Of a stretch of DNA of 64,000 nt, positions 48,308-58,456 are shown one piece after another. The notes below the pieces were generated by a model. That model worked only from the letters and a program-made list of their open reading frames with translations. It did not search any database and had not been told where the DNA came from. Position 1 is the stretch's first letter; each line of letters starts with the position of its first letter. Origin of the DNA: Acidobacteriota bacterium (lineage in GTDB: Bacteria; Acidobacteriota; UBA6911; RPQK01; JAJDTT01); NCBI GenBank assembly GCA_965217775.1, contig CBDCJH010000002.1, positions 3,424,001 to 3,488,000 on the forward strand. The letters run 5' to 3'. Position numbers and translations under genes: made by a program.

Positions 48308-50251
48308 ATGATCGAGTATTTCTGGCTGGCCCTGGTCCCACCCCTCGCCGGATTCCTGTTCAACGGCCTGGTGGGGAAGCGGCTGCCGGCTCGCATCGTC
48401 TCCGGCCTCGGCTGCGCGGCCACTGGTGCCAGCTTCCTGTTTCTGCTGTCCGTCTTCGCCGAGTTCATCCGGCTGCCGGCACAGGAGCAGCAGATCGTCC
48501 ACCGTCTCTTCACCTGGATTCAGGCGGGGACCTTCACCGCCGAGTGCAGCTTCCTGCTGGACCCCCTCTCCATGATCATGCTCCTGGTCATCACGGGAGT
48601 CGGATTCCTGATTCACGTCTACTCCACGGCCTACATGAAGGGCGAGGCGGGTCTCTACCGCTATTTCTCCTATCTCAACCTCTTCGTGTTCATGATGTCC
48701 CTGCTGGTGATGGCGGGGAACTACCTGTTGCTGTTCGTGGGCTGGGAGGGGGTGGGCCTCTGCTCCTATCTCCTGATCGGCTACTACATTGAACGGAAGA
48801 GCGCCGGCGATGCGGCCAAGAAGGCCTTCGTGGTGAATCGGGTGGGGGACGCCTGTTTTCTCCTGGGCGTCTTTCTCATCTTCAAGACCTTCGGGACCCT
48901 GGAGTTCGGACCCCTCTTCGAAACCGTGAGCCGGACCCATCCCCAACCCGAGAGCGGCTTCACCGTTCTGGCGGCAATCACTCTGCTCCTGTTTCTGGGG
49001 GCGACGGGCAAGAGCGCCCAGATCCCGCTTCAGGTCTGGCTGCCGGACGCCATGGAGGGACCCACTCCGGTGAGCGCCCTGATCCACGCCGCCACCATGG
49101 TGACCGCCGGCGTCTACCTGGTGGTGCGTTCGGCTGCGCTCTACAGCCGGGCGCCCGACGTACTTCTGCTGGTGGCCGTCGTCGGAGTCTTGACGGCGCT
49201 CCTGGCGGCCCTGACGGCGCTGGTCCAGCGGGACATCAAGAAGGTCCTGGCCTACTCCACCATCAGCCAACTGGGCTACATGTTCATGGCGCTGGGCGTG
49301 GGCGCCTTCAGCACCGGGATCTTTCATCTGTTCACCCACGCCTTCTTCAAGGCCCTGCTCTTCCTGGGGGCGGGCAGCGTCCTGCTCCGGCTTCATCACG
49401 AGTTGGACCTGTTCCGCATGGGAGGGCTGAAGAACTCCCTGAGGGTGACTTGTTGGACCATGTGGGTGGGGACCGCGGCCCTGGCCGGAATTTTTCCCCT
49501 GTCCGGGTTCTTCTCCAAAGACGAGATTCTGTGGAGAGCGCTCGACAGTCCCTTGGGGCATCCGGTCTTCTGGGTAGCGGGCCTGGTGGTGGCCGGGCTC
49601 ACCGCCTTCTACATGTGCCGGCTCATGTTCCTGGCCTTCTACGGTTCGCCCTCCCACGGCCACGGTGAATCCGGCGCGGAAGCGGGAACCTCCGTCACTG
49701 CGCCCCTGGCCATCCTGGCCGGAGCGGCGGCGGTCGCCGGAGTCGCCGGTCTGCCGGCCTACCTGAACCTGGGCGATCACTGGTTGGACCACTTTCTGGC
49801 GCCTGTGTTCCGGTTCTCCTACGACCACGGCGTCTCGGCGGGCCACGGGGCCTCCCACAGCCTGGAGATGCTGGCGGGTGGCGCGGCCCTGGCCGTCAGT
49901 CTGTTGGGCGCCGCCTTGGCCTACCGTCTCTACGCGGGAGACCGGTCTCTCCCCCGGCGGCTGGCGGACCGGTTGCCGGGACTCCACGGCACGCTCCTGC
50001 AGCAGTTCCGGATCGATCAGGCCTATTCCCTGTTCGTGGTCGGCGGCCTCAAGGCACTGTCCAGGCGGGTGTTGTGGAGAGTCGTCGACGTGGGCGTCGT
50101 GGACGGGGCGGTCAACGGCACCGCCTCCCTGTTCCGGCGATGGAGCGGCGTGGCGAGCCGGATGCAGAGTGGGAACACCCGCACCTACGCGGCCTGGATC
50201 GTGACCGGAGCCGCACTCGTCTTCCTCTATCTCTATAGCGTGATCGGCTGA
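48308..50251 (+). CDS. nuoL: NADH-quinone oxidoreductase subunit L
   Basis: GWEGVG, GKSAQ.PL..WLPDAMEGPTPVSALIHAATMV, HAFFKALLF. Confidence 0.95.
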   Translation: MIEYFWLALVPPLAGFLFNGLVGKRLPARIVSGLGCAATGASFLFLLSVFAEFIRLPAQEQQIVHRLFTWIQAGTFTAECSFLLDPLSMIMLLVITGVGFLIHVYSTAYMKGEAGLYRYFSYLNLFVFMMSLLVMAGNYLLLFVGWEGVGLCSYLLIGYYIERKSAGDAAKKAFVVNRVGDACFLLGVFLIFKTFGTLEFGPLFETVSRTHPQPESGFTVLAAITLLLFLGATGKSAQIPLQVWLPDAMEGPTPVSALIHAATMVTAGVYLVVRSAALYSRAPDVLLLVAVVGVLTALLAALTALVQRDIKKVLAYSTISQLGYMFMALGVGAFSTGIFHLFTHAFFKALLFLGAGSVLLRLHHELDLFRMGGLKNSLRVTCWTMWVGTAALAGIFPLSGFFSKDEILWRALDSPLGHPVFWVAGLVVAGLTAFYMCRLMFLAFYGSPSHGHGESGAEAGTSVTAPLAILAGAAAVAGVAGLPAYLNLGDHWLDHFLAPVFRFSYDHGVSAGHGASHSLEMLAGGAALAVSLLGAALAYRLYAGDRSLPRRLADRLPGLHGTLLQQFRIDQAYSLFVVGGLKALSRRVLWRVVDVGVVDGAVNGTASLFRRWSGVASRMQSGNTRTYAAWIVTGAALVFLYLYSVIG

Positions 50252-51783
50252 TGCCCTTAGCTGCGTATCCTCTGAGTCTGTTGCTGCTGATTCCCGCGAT
50301 CGGAGCGGCCGTGGTCTGCCTGCTCCCGTCCGGACGGGAACGACTCCTGAAATGGGCCGCGCTGATCGCATCCCTGGCGACGTTTCTCTGGTCGGCCGTT
50401 CTCTTCAGCGATTTCGACGACCAGACCGGATCCTTCCAGATGGTGGAGCAGGCCGACTGGTTCCATGCTGCCGGTTTTCGAGTCCAGTACCACCTGGGTC
50501 TGGACGGGATCAGCCTGCTCCTGGTGCTCCTGACCACGGTCCTGATCCCCTTGGCGCTGTTGTCGAGCTGGAATCTCAAGGACAAGCTCAAGCTCTACCT
50601 GGCCTCCATCCTGCTGCTGGAGGTGGGGATCCTGGGCGTCTTCCTGGCTCTGGACCTGATCCTCTTCTACGTCTTCTGGGAGGTCTCCCTGATTCCCATG
50701 TACTTCCTGATCGGAATCTGGGGGTCGAGCCGGCGGATCTACGCCGCGGTGAAGTTCTTCATCTACACCATGGGCGGTTCGCTGCTGATGTTGGCGGGGA
50801 TCGTAATTCTCTATTTCCTGCTGGGAACCGGCAACTTCGATCTGGTGGAAATGATCGGGATCCTGAAAGGGGGCGAGGCGGTTCTTTCCCCGGGAGTCGA
50901 GTACCTTCTCTTTGGTCTGTTCTTCGTGGCGTTCGCCGTCAAGGTGCCCGTCTTTCCCCTGCACACCTGGCTGCCGGACGCCCACACCGAAGCTCCCACG
51001 GCGGCTTCCGTGATCCTGGCCGGAGTCCTGCTCAAGATGGGAGCCTACGGGCTCCTCCGCTTCTGCCTGCCCCTCTTCCCTTGGGCGTCGGCACAGTTGG
51101 CGCCGGCGATCTGCATCCTGGCGCTGATCGGAATCATCTACGGCGCCCTGGTGGCCATGGTGCAGCCCGACCTGAAGCGGCTCGTGGCCTACTCTTCCGT
51201 CAGCCATCTGGGCTTCGTAGTGCTGGGAATTTTCTCTTTCAGCTTTCAGTCCATGGAGGGTGCGGCCTACCAGATGCTCAATCATGGAGTCTCCACCGGA
51301 GCCCTTTTTCTGCTGGTAGGCATCCTTTACGATCGCCGCCACACCCGCCGGATCGACGAGTTCGGAGGGCTGGCTCATTCCATGCCGCGCTACTCGGCCT
51401 GCTTCTTCATCGTCCTGCTGGGAAGCATCGGGCTGCCCGGCCTCGGCGGGTTCGTAGGCGAGTTTCTCATTCTCCAGGGGACCTTTCTCACCAGTGTCCC
51501 GTCCGCCGCCGTCGCGGTCTGCGGAGTGGTCCTTTCGGCGGCCTACATGCTCTGGATGTACCAGCGGGTCTTCCTGGGACGGGTTGAGAAGGAAGCGAAC
51601 CGCCGGCTCCCGGACCTGAGCTTCCGCGAGGGGGCGATGCTGATTCCGGCTATCGCGCTTTCGCTCTGGATGGGGATCGGCTCCGGCACCTTTCTGAGAA
51701 CCATGGACGGCAGCATTCAACTGCTGGTGGACCGGCTGGACCAGGTACAGCACGCACAGGTAGTCCGAAGCGATGTCCCTTAA
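50251..51783 (+). CDS. nuoM: NADH-quinone oxidoreductase subunit M
   Basis: FWE..LIPMY, PLHTWLPDAH, LLKMGAYG, AYSSVSH. Confidence 0.95.
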   Translation: MPLAAYPLSLLLLIPAIGAAVVCLLPSGRERLLKWAALIASLATFLWSAVLFSDFDDQTGSFQMVEQADWFHAAGFRVQYHLGLDGISLLLVLLTTVLIPLALLSSWNLKDKLKLYLASILLLEVGILGVFLALDLILFYVFWEVSLIPMYFLIGIWGSSRRIYAAVKFFIYTMGGSLLMLAGIVILYFLLGTGNFDLVEMIGILKGGEAVLSPGVEYLLFGLFFVAFAVKVPVFPLHTWLPDAHTEAPTAASVILAGVLLKMGAYGLLRFCLPLFPWASAQLAPAICILALIGIIYGALVAMVQPDLKRLVAYSSVSHLGFVVLGIFSFSFQSMEGAAYQMLNHGVSTGALFLLVGILYDRRHTRRIDEFGGLAHSMPRYSACFFIVLLGSIGLPGLGGFVGEFLILQGTFLTSVPSAAVAVCGVVLSAAYMLWMYQRVFLGRVEKEANRRLPDLSFREGAMLIPAIALSLWMGIGSGTFLRTMDGSIQLLVDRLDQVQHAQVVRSDVP

Positions 51784-53203
51784 CACCTCCGCCCTGCTCC
51801 CGGAGATCCTTCTGGCCGTGGCCGGCATTCTGCTCATGTTGGCTATCCCCGTCCTTCCGTCTCGCCACCAGGTTCGACTGGGATACGCCGCCTCGTCGAT
51901 CCTGGCGGTAGCGCTGGGGGTCGTCCTGCTCCAGTGGGGCAACCATGGTCCCGCCTTCTTCGGCATGGTGTCCATGGACCCGTTGGGAGGGGCCGCCAGG
52001 ATCCTGTTTCTGGTCTCCAGCGCAACGGTCGCCCTGATTTCGGTCTCCTACCTGAAGCGGGAGCAGTTGCGGCACGGCGAATACTTTCCCCTCCTGCTGA
52101 TGGCGACGGTGGGGATGTCGCTCATGGCCGTGAGCGCCAACCTCATCATGACCTTCCTGGGACTGGAGATCCTGTCCATCTCCGGCTACGTCCTGGCCGG
52201 TTATCGCCGGGGCGACCCCAGGTCGAACGAGTCGGCGCTCAAGTACTTCCTACTGGGGGCGTTCTCCACGGCGTTCATGCTCTACGGGATCGCCCTCCTT
52301 TACGGCGCGACGGGGTCCACGCAATATTCCAGGATCGCCGAGTCGGCGACTCAGGGACAGGCGGACCAGGCTACTTTCCTCGTGGGGCTCGGACTGCTTC
52401 TGGTGGGATTCGGCTTCAAGGCGGCCCTGGCGCCTTTGCACGTCTGGACTCCGGACGTCTATCAAGGGGCCCCCGTGCCCATCACCGCCCACTTGGCGGT
52501 GGGCTCCAAAGCGGCGGTCCTGATCACGCTGTTGCGCCTGCTGCACCAGGTCTTCCCGGAGAGTGCGGACCAATGGCAGACTCTCCTCTGGATCGCCAGC
52601 GCCGCGACCATGATCATCGGCAACCTGGCGGCCCTGACCCAGACCGACGTCAAACGGCTCCTGGCCTATTCCTCCATCGCCCACGCCGGCTACATCCTGC
52701 TCGGTGTCATCGCCAACAGTCCTCGAGGCGCCCAGGGGGTGCTCTTCTATCTGGCAGCCTACTCTCTTATGACGCTGGGAGCGTTCGCCGTGGTGCAGGT
52801 CTTCTCCCGCCGGGACGAGCAGTTCACCTCGCTCGAGGACTACCGGGGGATCGGCTACCGCCATCCGCTCCTGAGCGTCTCCCTGACCATCTTTCTCCTC
52901 TCCCTGATCGGCATCCCGCTGACGGCGGGATTCTATGGAAAGCTCTTCCTCTTCTCGGCCGCCGTCGAGGCGGACATGGTCGCCCTGGTGATTCTGGCGG
53001 TGCTGGCCTCGGCCGTGGGCCTTTACTACTACCTGCAGCTCATCGTCCTGATGTTCATGAAGGAGGCATCCTCGCCGCCCGAGCCCGTTCCGATACCCTT
53101 GGCGGCACGGATCGTGATACTACTAATGGCCGCCGGCACCCTCTACCTGGGAGTTTATCCGGCGCAGGTTCTCTCGATTGCCGGGGAGGCGGCAGGGTTG
53201 TGA
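51773..53203 (+). CDS. nuoN: NADH-quinone oxidoreductase subunit N
   Basis: ESALKYF, FK...P.H.WTPDVYQGAP, KRLLAYSSIAH. Confidence 0.95.
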   Translation: MSLNTSALLPEILLAVAGILLMLAIPVLPSRHQVRLGYAASSILAVALGVVLLQWGNHGPAFFGMVSMDPLGGAARILFLVSSATVALISVSYLKREQLRHGEYFPLLLMATVGMSLMAVSANLIMTFLGLEILSISGYVLAGYRRGDPRSNESALKYFLLGAFSTAFMLYGIALLYGATGSTQYSRIAESATQGQADQATFLVGLGLLLVGFGFKAALAPLHVWTPDVYQGAPVPITAHLAVGSKAAVLITLLRLLHQVFPESADQWQTLLWIASAATMIIGNLAALTQTDVKRLLAYSSIAHAGYILLGVIANSPRGAQGVLFYLAAYSLMTLGAFAVVQVFSRRDEQFTSLEDYRGIGYRHPLLSVSLTIFLLSLIGIPLTAGFYGKLFLFSAAVEADMVALVILAVLASAVGLYYYLQLIVLMFMKEASSPPEPVPIPLAARIVILLMAAGTLYLGVYPAQVLSIAGEAAGL

Positions 53204-53664
53204 AGCAGGCCAAGGCCAAGCTGGAAGCAGAGGTCCGGAAGCTGGAGCGGGAGTTGCGGGAGGAACTGCCGGCGGCGCTCAAGAAAGCGTTGCAGATGGG
53301 CGATCTCCGGGAGAACGCCGAGTACCAGACCGCCAAGGAGCGGCAATCCTACGTTCAAGCTCAACTGTCCCATCTGCAACACAGACTGGCCAAACTCTCC
53401 CTCATCAATTTAAGCAAGATCCCCACAGACCGCATCTCATACGGCTCCACCGTGGTCCTGTTCGACCTGGACACCAAAGTCGAGGTGACCTACCGACTGG
53501 TCACCAGCGAGGAGTCGGACGTCAAGGCCGGCAAGATCTCCACCACCTCTCCCATCGGGCGTAGCCTGATGAATCGTGAAGAGGGGGACGAGGTTCAGAT
53601 CCGGACCCCCGGCGGGACCAAGAACTACGAGATCATGGAACTGACCACCATCCACGACAGGTAG
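53200..53664 (+). CDS. greA: Transcription elongation factor GreA
   Basis: GDLRENAEY, IS..SPIGR.L; GTGA overlap with nuoN. Confidence 0.92.
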   Translation: MKQAKAKLEAEVRKLERELREELPAALKKALQMGDLRENAEYQTAKERQSYVQAQLSHLQHRLAKLSLINLSKIPTDRISYGSTVVLFDLDTKVEVTYRLVTSEESDVKAGKISTTSPIGRSLMNREEGDEVQIRTPGGTKNYEIMELTTIHDR

Positions 53665-53717
53665 TTCCGAGAAAGCGGCATGCGCAGTGATTGCGCCGTA
53701 CCCGCTGGCCCGGTCTT

Positions 53718-55277
53718 TCAGGTCATCATGACCCGTTCGTGGATCGCGGTCATTGCAGCCTGGGCCGCCAGGGCAGCCCCTTCTTGCCAACCGGGCAAGG
53801 CGCTCAATTGGTCGCCGGCGAAATAGATCCTCCCATCGGGCTCTCGTAGTTGCTCCGGCGGCTCGTAGCTCTCCGGCCAGCCCCCCCGCTGGAACCGGAC
53901 CTTGGGCCAGGCGCGGCTCACGCCGGATTCCAGCTCTGTGGCATAGCCAGGGTGGATGAGCTCGCCCTCGGCGATGGCGGCCTGCAAGCGATCGGACGGC
54001 GCCATGTCCGAGTACCGCAGCCCGGGATCGGGATCCCAGATATAGGCCCCGACGATGATCCCCTTTTCACGATGATAGCCGTAGGCCGGATACCAGATCT
54101 GCGTAATGTCCTGGCCGGTCCACGAGATGCCGCCATAGATGGCGTGGTCTTCCTCCCAGAAACGGCGCTGAGCCTGGAATCCGATTTTGACCGCCTTGGA
54201 GAACTCGATCGACTCGATCGCCGTTTGCGTCTCAGGCGAGAAGTCGTTGCGGATATCCCTCAGGACCGGAGCCGGTATGGTGCAGATTGCGAAATCCGCC
54301 TCCAGTACTCTTCTTCTGCCGCGTCGACGCCGGTAGACGATACGAACGCCGTCAGACGTTTTCCGAATCGACGTGACGATGCACCGATATGCGATGAGAG
54401 GCTCCACCCGCTCCTCGAAGGCGGCCACAATGGCGTCCATCCCGCCGACAGGCTGCAACAAGGTAGGGTTCTGATCGAGGAACTGGCTGAAATGGAGCTT
54501 GTACTGCCAGAAGTCCGACCTGAGCAGTTGACTCAGATCGAGGGGGTCGTTCACCTCCCCCGGCGCCAGACCGGCATGGACGTGCGGCCCCAGATGGCCG
54601 CCGCGGCTCGAGCCCACGTAGAGATCATCCGGGTCCAAGTCGCCAAAGCTCCGGAGCAGGTCAAGGATCAGTTCCTTGTCCTCTCCTTTCAGCTCACTGT
54701 CCAGGGCGTTGCGGTTCACCGCCTTGGCCAGGAGTTCGGCAATATACCCGCGAGTATCCGTCATCACCTGCCGGGCAACGACCGGCCCATCGAAACGATC
54801 CTGGTTGTGGAAGAAAGCCGCCCGGTTGTCGTTCGTGAAGACCTCGAGGTCGACTCCGAATTCCCGGCAATACCCGAGAATGGTGGTGTGGTGGTAGGGG
54901 AGGCGGGCCGGACCGAGGTTCACGTAGAGATGGTCTTCGGCGTCGAAGTCCACCCATTGCCGGCTGTCCTCCTCTCGGATCACGTCCCCGCTCCGAGCCG
55001 TGAGGTTGCGCCCGCCGGCGCGGCCGGTGGCCTCCAGGACCGTGCAGTCGTAACCCGCCTTCGACAATTCGTAGGCGGCGACAAGACCGGAGACGCCGGC
55101 CCCCAGGATGACGACTCTCGTCCCATATCCCGACGCCGGCCTCAACTGGAACTGCGTTGTCTGAGCCGTAACGGGACTCGCCATGCCCAGCGCGTTCATG
55201 CTCCGATACATGGCGGCAACCCCGGAAACGGCGCCGATGGATTGCAGGAATTTGCGTTTGGTCATTTTGGCTTGCAC
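53718..55277 (-). CDS. Flavin monoamine / L-amino-acid oxidase family protein
   Basis: GAGVSGL, LEA..RAGGR, GGMD, FWE...IYGG, FAGD, WQEGA; Tat-like KRKFL leader. Confidence 0.88.
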   Translation of the reverse strand: MQAKMTKRKFLQSIGAVSGVAAMYRSMNALGMASPVTAQTTQFQLRPASGYGTRVVILGAGVSGLVAAYELSKAGYDCTVLEATGRAGGRNLTARSGDVIREEDSRQWVDFDAEDHLYVNLGPARLPYHHTTILGYCREFGVDLEVFTNDNRAAFFHNQDRFDGPVVARQVMTDTRGYIAELLAKAVNRNALDSELKGEDKELILDLLRSFGDLDPDDLYVGSSRGGHLGPHVHAGLAPGEVNDPLDLSQLLRSDFWQYKLHFSQFLDQNPTLLQPVGGMDAIVAAFEERVEPLIAYRCIVTSIRKTSDGVRIVYRRRRGRRRVLEADFAICTIPAPVLRDIRNDFSPETQTAIESIEFSKAVKIGFQAQRRFWEEDHAIYGGISWTGQDITQIWYPAYGYHREKGIIVGAYIWDPDPGLRYSDMAPSDRLQAAIAEGELIHPGYATELESGVSRAWPKVRFQRGGWPESYEPPEQLREPDGRIYFAGDQLSALPGWQEGAALAAQAAMTAIHERVMMT

Positions 55278-55472
55278 GGTTTCACCTCCGTCGAGTCTCT
55301 GAAAAACGAGGGCGCACCCACCACATTCCGGGCCGGGGGAGAAGGATGATAAGAGAACGTGTCAATACCTGAATTTTATCGATTTCGCCTTACATTCGGC
55401 GCCCCGCAGAGAGATTTGGACCAATCCGGCGGCGGGGTCGGGTTCGTGACTTATCCTTTTGGAATCAGGGAG

Positions 55473-56027
55473 CTATCTTCTCTCCATGGCTGAAGCTTCA
55501 GCCTGGACCTCGCCGTAGACCTCCGCAAGAGCCTTGTTCTCGACCAGGATGCGGGTGCGGAGCGCCAGTAGGTTCAGCGCGGATGCGATCACTGCGAGTG
55601 TCCATGCGCCGAACATCAGCGGCACCACGGCGATCTCGCCGCAAACGATCAGGTAGTTCGGGTGGTCGACGTAGCGGTACGGCCCGCTCCGAATGCGTCT
55701 GGCGCCGGGCAGGACCATGATGCGAGTCGTCCATCGCGAACCCAGGGTCACGACCACCCACACACGCCCACATTCCAGCATGACGAAGACGGCCAGCAGC
55801 GGGATCGACACGGGCGTCTGCGGATCGATCGTGCCAAGCAGTGCCAGCAGCCAGCCGGCGTGCACCGCGACAAGCACCGGATAGTGCCGCCGGCCGAACT
55901 CGATCGCCCCCCTGGCCGCCAGCGCCCGATGGTTGCGCCGTGCGATGACCAGTTCCACGAGACGCTGAAGAACCAGAAAGCCGACGATCAGGTACAGCGG
56001 GCTCATGGGAAACAAGATAGGCATCAC
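55473..56027 (-). CDS. Isoprenylcysteine-carboxyl-methyltransferase family protein (SrsB/BpsB-like)
   Basis: QRLVEL, GAIEFG..HY, LG.RWTTRI, GPYR..HPNY; overlaps the type III PKS stop. Confidence 0.88.
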   Translation of the reverse strand: MMPILFPMSPLYLIVGFLVLQRLVELVIARRNHRALAARGAIEFGRRHYPVLVAVHAGWLLALLGTIDPQTPVSIPLLAVFVMLECGRVWVVVTLGSRWTTRIMVLPGARRIRSGPYRYVDHPNYLIVCGEIAVVPLMFGAWTLAVIASALNLLALRTRILVENKALAEVYGEVQAEASAMERR

Positions 56028-57079
56028 TTCGACTCGAGCAACAGGAACCCAGCCGAAAATCCCGGGCCCAGGCTGGTCAGCAAGTGGCGTTTCGCCGTGT
56101 GGTCCCTGAGGATGCGGTCGAGTACGAACAGCACGGTCGCGGCCGACATGTTGCCGTAGTCACGCAAGACCGCCCGCGACTCTTCGAGATCCCCGGCCGG
56201 GAGACCGAATACCTCTTCGAGGGCGTCCAGCACCTTGGCGCCGCCGGGGTGGCAGACGAAGCTGTCGATATCGCGAACGCCCAGGCTCTGGGAGGAAAGA
56301 AATTCCTCGGTTGCGCTCCGCATGTGCGAGCGCACGAGGTCGGGAATGCTGCGCGAGAACACGACCCCGAACCCGTCATCGGCCACGTCCCAGCCCATGA
56401 CGTCGAGCGAATCGGGCCACGTGTACTCGCCCCACGAAGAGATCGCCGGTCCCGGCCCGTCATCCGTCAGCAATACCGCCGCGGCACCGTCACGGAACAG
56501 CGCCGTGGCGACCAGGTTCCGCACGGATCGATCACGGCCACGGAAAGTGAGCGTGCAGAGTTCTACGACCAGGAACAGAACCCGGCTGCCGCGAGAAGCA
56601 CGCGCGCATGCGGCGGCGCGAGCCAGTCCCAGCACGCCTCCCGCGCATCCCAGACCGAAGATGGGCAGTCTTTGCACGTCGCGGCGAAACGGCAGCTCGG
56701 TCATGAGCCTGGCGTCCAGACTGGGCGTAGCGATGCCGGTCGTCGACACGGTGACGATCAGGTCGATATCGCCCGGGTCGGTGTTGCCGGCGGCCAGGCA
56801 TTCGACGGCCGCGTCTTTCAGCAGGGCCACCGCATTTTCAAGGTAGAGACGGTTCTTCTCCTCGAAGCCATGCCCGGCCTCTCCGTACCAGCTTCTGGGC
56901 ATGCAGCAATATCCTTCTCCGATCGCTGCGTTCTCGTAAACGCCGAGCAGGCGATCCAGACCCGCAACATCGTCGGCAAAGAAGCGGGCACCGAAATCCC
57001 TGACCTCGTCCTGGGTGATTCGGTAGGGCGGAACCGCCGTAGCGATAGATCTGATTCGCGGACCCGATTCTGCCGTCAC
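56024..57079 (-). CDS. Type III polyketide synthase (SrsA/BpsA-like)
   Basis: Cys-His-Asn triad in GLGCAGG, HPGG, YGNMS; GPGF. Confidence 0.92.
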   Translation of the reverse strand: MTAESGPRIRSIATAVPPYRITQDEVRDFGARFFADDVAGLDRLLGVYENAAIGEGYCCMPRSWYGEAGHGFEEKNRLYLENAVALLKDAAVECLAAGNTDPGDIDLIVTVSTTGIATPSLDARLMTELPFRRDVQRLPIFGLGCAGGVLGLARAAACARASRGSRVLFLVVELCTLTFRGRDRSVRNLVATALFRDGAAAVLLTDDGPGPAISSWGEYTWPDSLDVMGWDVADDGFGVVFSRSIPDLVRSHMRSATEEFLSSQSLGVRDIDSFVCHPGGAKVLDALEEVFGLPAGDLEESRAVLRDYGNMSAATVLFVLDRILRDHTAKRHLLTSLGPGFSAGFLLLESK

Positions 57080-57244
57080 CGGAATTCCTCCTCTAGTCCA
57101 TTTCTCGTCGGGAAATCCACAAGTTATTGAGAAATAAGGAATAAGAAGGTGTTTAAAAGTCCCGATTCTGGCCCAGTCATAGGTTAGGCTATTGGCGACA
57201 GATTAAAGACAACAAACGACTTGCACAAGACCGAGGGTTTGTCC

Positions 57245-58185
57245 TTGCGTCACAACCGAGAAAACCAACTTCCACTCACCAGCGCCTGTCCCGATCACCA
57301 ATTCGCCCGGAGCAGATAGCTGTTTGCCAGGTCCAGGAGGACACCCTATCGATCTCGGATCCGTTCTGCCACGATCTATGTGACAGCATCAGCTCCGACC
57401 ACGGGGCGCGGGATCTCTCGGCAGAGCAGGTGCTGCGCTCGGCCGTTCTCGAGAACTGGCATCAGCTACCCTACACTCCGTTGGCGTCCCACTTGAGCGA
57501 CTCCCAGAGTTTTCGTCGGTTCGCCCATTTGTCCTTGCGCTGGCCCCCTAATGCCTCCTGCCTGCCGGAGAACGTCTGCCGCTCCCAAGCCACCCCCCTG
57601 GCTGCAGATCCACGTGCTCCTGCTCCGCTGGGCCGCCCGCCAAAGTTTGGAACGGGGGCGCAAGCGTCGAACCGATGGCATCGCCGTGGAAAGCCCTATC
57701 CGATTTCCGCTGGATTCCCAGTTGCAGTCCGACGCGATACGAGTCCTCATCCGGAGGAGTCTCCGGCTTGATGTTGGACCGCGAGATCGTGCAGCGGAAC
57801 CCGGCCGATGCCTCTCAAGAGCAGCCCCCGCTGAGAGCGCCAGTTTGACGTTTACGGTCGCTGGACCCGACACGCCAGCTTCGATGGTCGCTTTGCCTGC
57901 CACGCCAATCTGCAGTGGACCAAGGAGCAGAGCATCCAAGATGTCTCCTCCGCCGAGAAAAACGGGCTGATGGTTCACGAGATGGTGCGCTGCAGTTGAG
58001 TCTATCGGCAACTGCGACGCTTCCGGGCCGGTATCGAAGGCTCCATCATGATGCTGAAGCGAGTCTTCGGCGTCGGACGCTACACCTGGAAGAGCTGGCC
58101 TCACTTTCAGCAGTATGCGTAGCTCACGGTCACGAGCTTCAACTTGCTGGTTCTCGCCCGCTTGGCGCTGGGAGCGCGGCTTTGA
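57245..58185 (+). pseudogene. Degraded DDE transposase (ISNCY/IS5-like)
   Basis: Fragments in shifting frames: RENQLPL..DH, VLRSAVL..HLSDSQSFRRF, DGIAVESPIRFPLDS, FRAGIEG...LKRVFG..R.TW...FNLLVLAR; frameshifts, stops, internal deletion. Confidence 0.75.
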
Positions 58186-58456
58186 ATCCATTCCAAACGA
58201 GGACGGTCAGGGACCCGTATCTTACAGAATCAGCATCGGCTCCCAAAGGAGTTGATACTCCGGCTACCGGCCCCGGTCGGCCTTTTATTCTCGCACCTTC
58301 TACACCTTCCCTCACTCTATCCAACGCCAAGAACCCGACTCTCCGGGTGAGAACCAATTACAAATCATAGGAACGGGGGCCGCTACGGAAATCCCGGAGG
58401 GGGACTTCCAGGATACAGAGTAGCGGCGCCACGATGGAGTCTGGGAGGTGGCAGGT

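Noticed and set aside
51934-53664. Apparent 576-aa GreA fusion
   Set aside because: The N-terminal part is an off-frame read of nuoN; GreA starts at GTG 53200
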